From NCBI GenBank assembly GCA_964496595.1, contig CAZCAI010000001.1, positions 22,514 to 86,513 of the forward strand: 64,000 nucleotides of DNA. Direction: 5' to 3'. The translations under genes and the position numbers were made by a program. The notes below the pieces were generated by a model that saw only the letters and a program-made list of their open reading frames with translations, did not search any database and was not told the DNA's origin. Origin of the DNA: an uncultured Anaerolineales bacterium (GTDB lineage: Bacteria; Chloroflexota; Anaerolineae; B4-G1; SLSP01). The number at the start of each line of letters is the position of its first letter. Position 1 is the stretch's first letter. Below, in pieces: positions 1 through 8,286 of this stretch.

Positions 1-93
1 TTGAATAAAAATGTCCTGAAGAATTTTCATATCGTCTAGTTTAATATTGGTCGACTGGGGTGCTGTAACCTGTTTGGATGATTTTTTGGCCAT
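1..93 (-). CDS. Partial CDS: only the first ~31 codons lie in the window; the gene continues past the window start.
   Basis: ATG (complement of 91-93) is preceded 7-9 nt upstream by GGAGGA (complement of 103-108). The N-terminus reads MAKKSSKQVTAPQSTNIKLDDMKILQDIFIQ. No stop before the window edge. Confidence 0.4.
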   Translation of the reverse strand, partial: MAKKSSKQVTAPQSTNIKLDDMKILQDIFIQ

Positions 94-627
94 TGAGTTA
101 TCCTCCTCTTTCCTCTTTTCCTGCTGGGTCTTTCGGTCGGGACCTCGCCCCGACATTAGTTCCGTCAATAAGAAGCGGTACAAAATCGACATCCCTATTT
201 TAAGATAAAATTAGCACTACGTCGTTAGGGCTGTGTAGGCGCTATGTGGCAGTTTTGTTGGGTGCATACGGGAGTTTATGGTTGTTTGTGAGGAAACGGG
301 GATGGTTCAAGAGATAGCAGAAATCTGTTTGCACTTTTATTTTGCGTAGAAGCCCCCTGTCTTTGAAAATAAATGCCTGGCGAATAAATTCGCGCGGCTA
401 CATTTACGAAACCGGCCTTCGCCGGTTAGAACTCAGTCGCCGAAGGGCGACTTCGTAATGGTGGCCGTGGTTTTTCTTTTGACCCAACGGTCCGATGGCC
501 GTGGGAACCGCCGGGCCTGGGACAACGCGAAAAAAGGGTCAACCTATCTGTGAACTATCCCAGGAAACGAAGCCGGAATTAACGCGGTCCGGGATTGATT
601 TGGCGCGGCGGGTAACTCGGCTATACT

Positions 628-1455
628 ATGCTCTGCAAAATCGCCACCCCGTCTATTGACGGGGTGATGGTTGAGGCTTGCATAGCACAATCTATATGCA
701 AAATATCATTGCATTGGGCGAGATGCGCAATCTGCGCAATCATAGAAAATCCCGGAGAACCTGCAACCTATACACATCGTAAGAAGAATCATCGGATTGA
801 TCTCTTTCTGTTCGGCCTCTACATTGGACTCGCCGTCGGCGGTGCGGCCACGCTGATCACGTGTGAGCGCGTCGCAGCGGATCGCGTCGATTGCGCGACG
901 CAGCCCGCGCCCCTGGGCATCCCGCTCTCGGTGGGCGTGATGCACACGCTTACCGATGTTCAGGAGGTCACGACCTTCGATTATGAGGGCCTGGGGCGGA
1001 AATTCCAACTGGCGTTCGAGACCTCGGAAGGGGTCGTCTATCTTCGCGAGGAGATGACCGTCAACGAGCAGGAGACGGCGGCGCGCATCAACGCCTTCCT
1101 TCAGAATCCCGCCGCCGATGCGTTGCGGTTCAATTATGTCGATTGGGTGAGCGTGGCGGTGGGGGTTCTCGTGGTCGGTGGCATCTTGGGTGTCTATCCC
1201 GGCCTCTATCTGCTGTCGCCAAGAGGAAACCTGGGCCGCATGGTTGTCGGTGGGCGAATCGCTCCCGATCCCCGACGCCCGCAGCGCGGCTGCCGATCGT
1301 CGTCGCTCCGCCAGCGCCACGCGGAGAAGCAACCGCAGTGTCTTTTACCTCAAGGTGAGCACGGCGGATGGCGTCGCCACCGCTATCGAGTACTTCAGCC
1401 TCGGTGCAGCCAGGGAGGACGCGAAATGGATCAATGCTCTTATCGCCGAACCTGA
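628..1455 (+). CDS. Hypothetical integral membrane protein, 5' reading frame. The downstream part of this ORF looks non-coding and the protein likely continues in the +1 frame (see 1178..1582).
   Basis: ORF of 275 aa with two clear TM helices (LFLFGLYIGLAVGGAATLI; VSVAVGVLVVGGILGVYPGLYLL). After ~nt 1230 the translation becomes Arg/Pro-rich and third-position GC preference is lost. Confidence 0.45.
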   Translation: MLCKIATPSIDGVMVEACIAQSICKISLHWARCAICAIIENPGEPATYTHRKKNHRIDLFLFGLYIGLAVGGAATLITCERVAADRVDCATQPAPLGIPLSVGVMHTLTDVQEVTTFDYEGLGRKFQLAFETSEGVVYLREEMTVNEQETAARINAFLQNPAADALRFNYVDWVSVAVGVLVVGGILGVYPGLYLLSPRGNLGRMVVGGRIAPDPRRPQRGCRSSSLRQRHAEKQPQCLLPQGEHGGWRRHRYRVLQPRCSQGGREMDQCSYRRT

Positions 1456-1582
1456 TCCCGATATGAACACTGTCGCCGTGAACAACTTCAGCCCTGCGAC
1501 AATGTACCTTGTGATTTTCCTTGTCGGGTCTACCATCGTCTTAGATGTCTTCTTCGGGCGCTGGTACATGCGGGATTCGTGA
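1178..1582 (+). CDS. Probable C-terminal continuation of the 628 gene in the +1 frame (frameshift or pseudogene), or a separate small membrane protein.
   Basis: Strong third-position GC bias in this frame from ~1200 to 1582. Plausible protein sequence (SVFYLKVSTADGVATAIEYFSLGAAREDAKWINALIAEPDPDMNTVAVNNFSPATMYLVIFLVGSTIVLDVFFGRWYMRDS) with a C-terminal TM helix. Confidence 0.4.
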   Translation: MASWVSIPASICCRQEETWAAWLSVGESLPIPDARSAAADRRRSASATRRSNRSVFYLKVSTADGVATAIEYFSLGAAREDAKWINALIAEPDPDMNTVAVNNFSPATMYLVIFLVGSTIVLDVFFGRWYMRDS

Positions 1583-1713
1583 GGATGTGATGGTTTTTGC
1601 CTTGGAGCGCTAGATCCAAGCAAGATACCGGCGTGGTAATAAAATTAAACAGGCGACTCATTAGGTCGCCTGTTGGATTGATGTGCTATCTCCAGAAGCT
1701 TCGTCTACGGTAT

Positions 1714-2544
1714 TTAACGGACCGCGTAGCCGATGCCGCGCACCGTCTTGATGATGTTCTCTTCACCCGTTGCTTCTCGGATCTTCTTGCGGATGCGATA
1801 GATGTGGTAGCGGATCGTGTCGTTGGCCTCCCACGGCTCACTCTCGTAGCCTTGCACCTCGCGCATCAACTCCTCCGGCGAGATGACGCGCGGCGATTCG
1901 CTGATGAGGTAGGTCAGCACATCGAATTCGGTCGGGCTGAGGTTTAGACGCTCCCCCTCTAAGGTGATGAGATGCTGCGCCAGATCGATGCGGAGACTCT
2001 CCTTCTCCAGGATGGTCTCCGGCAGTTGGGGCCTTGCGTCAGTTGCTTGGGGGCGGGTGGGCGGCGGCGTCTCATCACTGGATTCGATGGTCGCGCGCGT
2101 GACCTGAATATCGCGCAACGTATTACTGAGGTTCTGCTCCAATTGAAGAAGTAATTGTCGTTGGCGGATGCGCTGCCGGCGATTTTGCAGGCCGGCTTGG
2201 ATGCTCTTGCGGATCTCCTCGGCCTTGCACGGCTTGAAGAGGTAATCGTGCGCGCCCTGTCGCAATGCCTCCACCGCCGATTCCAACGAGCCTTGGCCGG
2301 TCAGCATAATCACGACTGTATCCGGCGACGTTTGGCCCACCCCCCGGAGCACCTCGGTGCCGCTGATCCCCTGCAATTTCAAATCGATGAGCGCCAGGTC
2401 GAACGTTTCCTGGGCGATTTTCTCTAGCGCTTCCTCGCCGCTGATCACGGCCGTCACGCGATGCCCATCTCGCTCCAGTAGTTCTTGCAAGAAGAACCGG
2501 ATGCTATTTTCATCGTCTACAATGAGAATCTTACCATTAAGCAC
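1714..2544 (-). CDS. OmpR/PhoB-family two-component response regulator: REC domain plus winged-helix DNA-binding domain, with an unusually long Pro/Gln-rich linker.
   Basis: N-terminal receiver domain (ILIVDDENSIR...LALIDLKL...TGQGS...KPCK). C-terminal trans_reg_C wHTH (LSPTEFDVLTYL...TVRGIGYAV). Lies immediately downstream of the sensor kinase on the same strand. Confidence 0.9.
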   Translation of the reverse strand: MLNGKILIVDDENSIRFFLQELLERDGHRVTAVISGEEALEKIAQETFDLALIDLKLQGISGTEVLRGVGQTSPDTVVIMLTGQGSLESAVEALRQGAHDYLFKPCKAEEIRKSIQAGLQNRRQRIRQRQLLLQLEQNLSNTLRDIQVTRATIESSDETPPPTRPQATDARPQLPETILEKESLRIDLAQHLITLEGERLNLSPTEFDVLTYLISESPRVISPEELMREVQGYESEPWEANDTIRYHIYRIRKKIREATGEENIIKTVRGIGYAVR

Positions 2545-2685
2545 AATATTCTAAAACTCCATTAGATTTAGATAATCTACCGCCTTGCCATTATATCTTG
2601 TCTAAAAAAATAACCCGTCTTCGCCACTCTTATTATAGGCGCAGGGTAGAAGCGCTTTGTTACAACTATGTGACATCTGGCGGTT

Positions 2686-5600
2686 TCATTCCGCTTCGAT
2701 AGGCAGCAGTAGGATAAAGGTCGAGCCTTTTCCCACCTCACTTTCGACTAAAATCTGTCCGTCGTGTGCTTCAATTATACCATAGCTGATAGACAGCCCT
2801 AATCCAGAACCGTGGGGCTTGGTCGTGAAGAACGGCTCAAAGAGGCGATCCTGTGTCTCCTTCGTCATCCCGACGCCCGTGTCGGTGAACTCGATGCGCA
2901 CCCTCCCGTTCTCTTGGGCGGTGCGGAGGATGAGCGTGCCGCCGCTGGGCATCGCGTCGATAGCGTTGAGCACCAGGTTCAGGATGACCTGTTTGAGATG
3001 CGCCGCGTTGGCCGGAATGGTCGGGAGCCCCTCGGCCCAGTGCTTCTCGATGGCCACATCGCTGTGTTGGAGTTGCTTGCCGGAAAGTTCCAATACACTT
3101 CCTAAGACGGCGTGGATATCGATCTCGTCGAGTTCCTCCCGCGCCGGGCGGTAGAAATCGCGAATGCGACGCACGATGGCCGCGATGCGTTCGATCTCAT
3201 CCTCCGCAATGCCCAAATAGCGTTGTAACTTTTCTGGCCGTTGCTGATCACCGATCTCCTCATCGGCTAATGTGAGACAGCCCTGAATCGATTGGAGCGG
3301 ATTGTTGATCTCGTGGGAGATCGAGGCGATCAGCCGGCCCAGCGCGCTCATCTTCTCGCTCTGGATAAGCTTGGCCTGTGTGGATCGCAACGCCTCGATC
3401 TGCTCGATCTGCTTTTGATAGAGGCGCGCGTTTTCCAGAGAGATCGCCGCCGAACTGCTAAAGGCCTTGAGAATCTCCAAATCGTGCGCGTTGAAGGCCC
3501 CATGAATCTTGTTGATCACCTCGATGACGCCGATGCCCTGTCCCTTGACCGTCAGCGGGACGGCGATCAGCGATTCGGTCGTCATGCCGGTCACCTCGTC
3601 GATGCCCCCATAAAAGTCCTGATGCTCCTGCGCGTTGGTGATCAGAATTGGCTCCTGCGCCTGCATCACCTGCCCCGCGATGCCCTCCGTGGCCGAAAGG
3701 CGATGGCCGATCAATATCTGGCAATCGGGATTCGCCAGCGCTGAGAAGACCAGCTCATCTGTTTCGGGATCATAGAGCATCACGGAAGCGTCCTCCGTCT
3801 CCAGCAGGACGTTGACTTCGCGGATTACCTGTTTGAGCACCGTATCCAAATCCAAATTGGAGGCCATCGCGTGGGTGGCGGTGTTGAGCGCGGCCAATTC
3901 GCGCGCGTTGCGCTGGATTTTAGCGTAGAGCCGGGCGTTCTCCATCGCCACGGCGGTCTGATCGGCCAGCGTTTGGAGCAGTTGTTGGTCGGCGAGGGAG
4001 AAGTGCGCGCGCGCCTCGTGTTCCGCGTTGATGATGCCCAATACCCGCCCCTCAAACTTGATTGGGACGCATAGCTCGGAGAGATACCTCGATTCCTTCT
4101 CAAAAGGAGCCTGGTAACGCGGGTCTTGGGATGTGTCTGGGACGTTGACCGTGCGGCCCTGGCTGACGGCCGCTGCGCAGATGCTGGTTTCGTCCTCGAT
4201 GGAGATGCGCTGTGTGGGAGTGATGGTAAACTCTCCATCGATGATGTGGAAGCGTTTGATTAGCTCCCGTTTTTGTGCATCCACGACGCCAAACCCGGCC
4301 AGGGAGGCATCGATGACCTGGGCTGCGGCTTGCAACGTGCGCTTGACCAATGCCTGCTCATCCCGCAGCAATGTCATCTCCTGGCCCAACTGATGGATGG
4401 CTGCCAGTCGCTCGGCCAGGCGCTTGCGCTCGGTGATGTCGATCATCACACCGCGTAACTTGACGGGCTTGCCATCCTCCACAATCACGCTCGCGATGTC
4501 GCGCAACCAGACGATGTTGCCTTTTGCATCGATCATCCGATATTCGAACTCGTGATCCTGTAGTTGACGGGTCGCCTTCGCGCAGAATTCGATGCTCTCC
4601 TTGCGATCCTCCTCGTGAATATGCGACGGCCAGAAATCCGGCTCCTCCGTCCAGCGCTCGAGGGGATAGCCCAACATCTCCTCGGCCTGCGGGCTGACGA
4701 AGGTGAATCGTTGCGTCGCCGCATCCGCCTCCCACACGATGCCGTCGATGGTATTGACAAGCCCGGCGTATTGTTGCTGGGATTGGCGCAGCGCCTCTTC
4801 CGCGCGTTTGCGCTCGATGACGCTGGCCAGTGTGTGCGCCGCCGAATTCAGGAACTCGATCTCATGTTCCTTACGCTGGTGATCCGGCTCTAAATAGAGC
4901 GTCAGAACGCCCAGCGGCGTCTCGCCGGAGAGGATGGGGACGCAATAATGGCCGTGCGGCGCTGTCAGTATATCGGGGCCGGAGATTTTGTGGCGCTCAT
5001 CTAAGTTGCCGGCAAAGATCATACGCTTCTGGGCGACAGCTTGCCCGCACAGACATTCGCCGATGCTGAGCTTCTGGCAACCCATCCGTAACTCCACCTC
5101 GAAGCCGTGCGACGCTTTGAGCGCAAGCGTTTGCCCATGCCCGTTCTCGTCTGTGAGGAAGATGGCGCCCTTGGGCAGGATGGGCAGCCACGAGATGCTC
5201 AGGATGTGTTCCAACGCCTGACTCAACTGCTCGTCGAGCGAGGCTTCGGGTGTGTTTACCGAGATCCGCAGCAGGGCGTTGAGCGCGCTTTGGTGATTAT
5301 GGCTGATTTGCAATTCACGCTCGGCGCGCATCCGCTCAGCGATCTGGGACTCCAATTGCTCATTGGCCTCCGATAGCTCCGCCGTGCGCTGCTGAACGCG
5401 CACCTCCAGCTCATCGTGCGCGCGACGCAGCGCCGCCTGGGCCTCGCGCAGTTCGCGCTTGAGGCGCAGGCGCTCCTTGGCGTGGCGCAGCGCCGCGTTG
5501 AGCGTCGATTGCTCCACCGGCTTAGGGATGAAATCGGAGGCGCCCTCGCGCAGCGCCTCGATGGCCATCTCCATATCGCCGTGGCCGGTGACCAGGATTA

Positions 5601-5844
5601 CCTCGGCCTCCGGGTCGCGCTCGCGGATCGCCCGTAGCACCTCGAAGCCGTCCATATAGGGCATCCGTACATCGACCAACGTGATGTCCGGCCGCGTCTC
5701 GCGATAAATCTCCAAGGCGGCCTGGCCATTCGAGGCCGTGATGACGGGATAGCCCGCCAGGTTGAGATTTCTGGAAAAGGTGTTCAACACCCGCGCGTCG
5801 TCATCGACGACTAAAATTTGTGTCTCTTCTTGAGTTGGCGCCAT
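2686..5844 (-). CDS. Multidomain sensor histidine kinase: N-terminal REC, coiled coil, GAF-PAS-GAF-GAF sensory modules, then HisKA and HATPase_c.
   Basis: 1052 aa. REC domain at the N-terminus (ILVVDDDARVL...LVDVRMPYMDG...KPV). H-box SISHEINNPLQSI. N-box LNLVLNAIDAM. G1 DTGVGM. G2 GSGLGLSISYGII. GGGAGA RBS is upstream of the ATG. Confidence 0.9.
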   Translation of the reverse strand: MAPTQEETQILVVDDDARVLNTFSRNLNLAGYPVITASNGQAALEIYRETRPDITLVDVRMPYMDGFEVLRAIRERDPEAEVILVTGHGDMEMAIEALREGASDFIPKPVEQSTLNAALRHAKERLRLKRELREAQAALRRAHDELEVRVQQRTAELSEANEQLESQIAERMRAERELQISHNHQSALNALLRISVNTPEASLDEQLSQALEHILSISWLPILPKGAIFLTDENGHGQTLALKASHGFEVELRMGCQKLSIGECLCGQAVAQKRMIFAGNLDERHKISGPDILTAPHGHYCVPILSGETPLGVLTLYLEPDHQRKEHEIEFLNSAAHTLASVIERKRAEEALRQSQQQYAGLVNTIDGIVWEADAATQRFTFVSPQAEEMLGYPLERWTEEPDFWPSHIHEEDRKESIEFCAKATRQLQDHEFEYRMIDAKGNIVWLRDIASVIVEDGKPVKLRGVMIDITERKRLAERLAAIHQLGQEMTLLRDEQALVKRTLQAAAQVIDASLAGFGVVDAQKRELIKRFHIIDGEFTITPTQRISIEDETSICAAAVSQGRTVNVPDTSQDPRYQAPFEKESRYLSELCVPIKFEGRVLGIINAEHEARAHFSLADQQLLQTLADQTAVAMENARLYAKIQRNARELAALNTATHAMASNLDLDTVLKQVIREVNVLLETEDASVMLYDPETDELVFSALANPDCQILIGHRLSATEGIAGQVMQAQEPILITNAQEHQDFYGGIDEVTGMTTESLIAVPLTVKGQGIGVIEVINKIHGAFNAHDLEILKAFSSSAAISLENARLYQKQIEQIEALRSTQAKLIQSEKMSALGRLIASISHEINNPLQSIQGCLTLADEEIGDQQRPEKLQRYLGIAEDEIERIAAIVRRIRDFYRPAREELDEIDIHAVLGSVLELSGKQLQHSDVAIEKHWAEGLPTIPANAAHLKQVILNLVLNAIDAMPSGGTLILRTAQENGRVRIEFTDTGVGMTKETQDRLFEPFFTTKPHGSGLGLSISYGIIEAHDGQILVESEVGKGSTFILLLPIEAE

Positions 5845-5896
5845 GATTGGTCTCCCACGTTATATTGTGCATAAGCGAAAGTATTTCACGAGAATG

Positions 5897-5920
5897 AATT
5901 TCTCCTCGGTAGGAGAAATT
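5897..5920. promoter_or_regulatory. Perfect 10-bp inverted repeat (AATTTCTCCT cggt AGGAGAAATT). It may be an operator or a bidirectional terminator-like hairpin between the kinase operon and the low-GC cassette.
   Basis: Palindrome read directly from the sequence. It lies 53-76 bp upstream of the kinase start codon on the minus strand and has no T-run. Confidence 0.3.
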
Positions 5921-6025
5921 ATATAGGCGATAAGTGGTCTGGTCAATCACGAACTTGTCTCCAAAGGCATTGGGGATCCGGAGTTGGCTCCCCATTTAGT
6001 TCACGTGGTAAAGTGTGGTGGCGTG

Positions 6026-6034
6026 TGGTATACT
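6026..6034 (+). promoter_or_regulatory. Extended -10 promoter element (TGGTATACT) for the 6107..6816 cassette.
   Basis: TGnTATACT match ~75 bp upstream of the ATG at 6107. Confidence 0.3.
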
Positions 6035-6055
6035 TTTTACAGATCAAAGGACCTG

Positions 6056-6077
6056 TAGGTCTACGATAGGTCTACGA
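6056..6077. repeat. 11-bp perfect tandem direct repeat x2 (TAGGTCTACGA TAGGTCTACGA) in the 5' leader of the 6107 gene. Operator-like.
   Basis: Read directly from the sequence. It sits between the putative -10 element and the start codon. Confidence 0.5.
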
Positions 6078-6106
6078 TATAGCCGAGCATAGAAAGGAGT
6101 TTCAGG

Positions 6107-6430
6107 ATGACTGTACAAACTGCGACGAAAACTTTGCAGCGATTAGAACGCTTCTATAACGCGGGATTCCGTACACCGTTGGTGGATCATGCCCTGCATA
6201 AGGTTCTGACTCGACAGATTGCGCGCGACGAAGCTGATTTGGCACAAGTTGAAGCTCGGCTCGCCGAATTTGAAGAGCGGTATGCGATGGACTCAGCAAT
6301 TTTTGGGGAGAAATATCAGGCCGGGCAGCTATCTGACGACGCCGATTACGTCGAATGGAATGCTTTTTGCAAAATGCGCCAGCGACTTCGGCAACGCCTT
6401 ACCATCCTGTGCGGTGAAGACTCCCTATGA
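6107..6430 (+). CDS. Hypothetical protein (107 aa), first gene of a low-GC translationally coupled pair.
   Basis: ORF with RBS AAGGAG 8 nt upstream. GC ~50% against ~64% background. Stop overlaps the next start (ATGA). Confidence 0.6.
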   Translation: MTVQTATKTLQRLERFYNAGFRTPLVDHALHKVLTRQIARDEADLAQVEARLAEFEERYAMDSAIFGEKYQAGQLSDDADYVEWNAFCKMRQRLRQRLTILCGEDSL

Positions 6431-6816
6431 CCGAGCCTGCTGACTATTTGGCTGCTGTAGAAACTTTGCTGTTGGTCTCCGAAATCATTGCGGATTACAC
6501 ATTGGTCACTGCCCGCGCTAACACCGACGATGGTTATCTTCGCATCCGGGCGACCCTCAGCAATGGTGATTTTCTCGAAATGGCGGAATACTTCCTGGTG
6601 CTTGAGGATGAAATCATCACGGAAGATTATCGTTATCAATGGATGGATAGTACCCAAACAGTTTTGCGGCGTCGATGGGATAATACCCCGCAACATCCTG
6701 AGCTTGATGGATTTCCTCATCACTGTCATATAGTTCGAGAAGATAGGGTTGTTCCTATTGAGCCGTTGAGTATTTTGGAGTTGTTCGAACTGCTAGAAGC
6801 CGAACTGGAGATCTAG
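6427..6816 (+). CDS. Hypothetical protein (129 aa), second gene of the pair. It contains an R-x6-H motif (RWDNTPQH) reminiscent of HEPN; this is weak.
   Basis: ATGA start/stop overlap with the upstream gene. GC ~46%. Acidic C-terminus. Confidence 0.55.
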   Translation: MTEPADYLAAVETLLLVSEIIADYTLVTARANTDDGYLRIRATLSNGDFLEMAEYFLVLEDEIITEDYRYQWMDSTQTVLRRRWDNTPQHPELDGFPHHCHIVREDRVVPIEPLSILELFELLEAELEI

Positions 6817-6861
6817 TAAATTGTCATCGCCCTCTCCAATGCACTCTCCAACCCTCAGCCC

Positions 6862-8097
6862 TCAATCCCTCACATCCACATGCCGCCGGCTCTGAGCCGA
6901 TTCCAAAATCGCGTCGCAGACGACGGCGGCGCGATAGCCGTCCTCGAAGGTGGCGCCGTAGGGCGCGACGGGCCGGTCATTGACGATGCACTCTAAGAAG
7001 TGGCTGAGTTCGTGGATGAAGGTGTGCTCCCAGCCGATGATGTGCCCCTGGGGCCACCAGTTTTGCCACCACGGATGGTACGGCTCGCTGACCAGCACCT
7101 TGTGGAAGCCGCGCGTCTCCTTGGGCTCTTCCCCGACCCAGAAGACGTCTATCTCGTTCATCCGCTCCAGGTTGAAGCGTAGGGTCCCGTTCTCCCCGTT
7201 GATCTCCAGCACCTGATGGTTCTTCCGCCCGGCCGCGAAGCGCGTTGCCTCTAGCGTGCCGATGGCGCCATTCTCGAAGGCAATCGTGGCGACGAAGGCG
7301 TCGTCCACATCGACCTCGCCCATCTCGCTACTGCCATCCCCCAGCCGCCGCTTCTTGATAAAGGTGCGCGTCATCGCGCCGACCTCAGTGATCTCCCCCA
7401 CCAGGAAGCGCGCCAGATCGATGATGTGCGCGCCCAAATCCCCCAGCGCGCCGCTGCCCGCCTTCTCTTTCTGCAAACGCCAGATCAGCGGCAGATCGTA
7501 GTGGCCCATAATCCACTCCTGGAGGTAGGCGGCGCGGAAGTGATAGATGCGGCCCAACGCCCCGCGCTGGATCAGCTCGTAGGCCTGGCGGAGCGCGGGC
7601 ACGAAGCGGTAGTTGAACGCGACCATGTGTTTGACGCCGGCAGCCGCCACCGCGTCCCACATCTCCCTGGCCTCCTCGGTATTGCGGGCCAGCGGCTTCT
7701 CGCAGAAGACGTGCTTCCCCGCCTGGGCTGCCGCGATGGTCGGCGCGGCGTGCAGATAATTCGGGCTGCCGTTGTCGAAGAGCTGCACCCGCTCATCCGC
7801 GATCATCTCGCGCCAGTCGGTGTAGACGCGCGCGTAGCCGTAGCGGCGCGCCGCCTCCCGGACGGCGTCCTCCGTCCGACCGCAGATCGCCTCCAGGCGC
7901 GGGATCGCGGGCGGCGGATACATCATATAGGGGATCTTCTTGTAGGCGTTGGTGTGCGCCTTGCCCATAAAGGCGTAGCCCAGCATCCCCACGCCGATCT
8001 CCGGCGCTTCCCGCTCGGCCTTCGCGCCGGCCATCGTAGTGAACCCGCCGCCTTCGTTGTTGGTGTTAGCTTGGTTGGGCGTATCGATTTGGGTCAT
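6862..8097 (-). CDS. Gfo/Idh/MocA-family NAD(P)-dependent oxidoreductase.
   Basis: Rossmann-fold N-terminus IGVGMLGYAFMGKAHTNAY. Family-typical EKP motif (HVFCEKPLARN). GAAGGAGA RBS is upstream of the ATG at 8097. Confidence 0.85.
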   Translation of the reverse strand: MTQIDTPNQANTNNEGGGFTTMAGAKAEREAPEIGVGMLGYAFMGKAHTNAYKKIPYMMYPPPAIPRLEAICGRTEDAVREAARRYGYARVYTDWREMIADERVQLFDNGSPNYLHAAPTIAAAQAGKHVFCEKPLARNTEEAREMWDAVAAAGVKHMVAFNYRFVPALRQAYELIQRGALGRIYHFRAAYLQEWIMGHYDLPLIWRLQKEKAGSGALGDLGAHIIDLARFLVGEITEVGAMTRTFIKKRRLGDGSSEMGEVDVDDAFVATIAFENGAIGTLEATRFAAGRKNHQVLEINGENGTLRFNLERMNEIDVFWVGEEPKETRGFHKVLVSEPYHPWWQNWWPQGHIIGWEHTFIHELSHFLECIVNDRPVAPYGATFEDGYRAAVVCDAILESAQSRRHVDVRD

Positions 8098-8286
8098 CTA
8101 GTGTCTCCTTCAAAAATCAGTTGAAAGTTACAAGTTAAAAGTTCTTGTGGTTTGTCGATGGGAATTCAAGATCCAAAACAAGCAACCGAGGATAGAAAGT
8201 GGCCAAAGAGTCGGCGTAGGCCGACTTCGCAGGCGTTGCCGCGACTTTAGTCGCCAGGCCGTTCATCTTTTTATTTATCGAACGAG

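Noticed and set aside
706-1332. Long antisense and shadow ORFs inside real genes (examples: 706..1332, 7426..8124, 16560..17030, 17057..18385, 19613..20590, 20328..20984, 25010..25999, 32200..33207, 37175..37933, 63414..63947).
   Set aside because: In a ~64% GC genome, stop-free antisense frames are expected. Their translations are Arg/Pro/Gly-rich and low-complexity. They overlap strongly supported genes and lack RBS context.
8098-8286. Possible small RNA in the 190-bp spacer between the oxidoreductase and isomerase genes; the hairpin GTCGGCGTAGGCCGAC is there.
   Set aside because: There is a single short hairpin without a U-tract or recognisable family features. It is more likely an intra-operon spacer.
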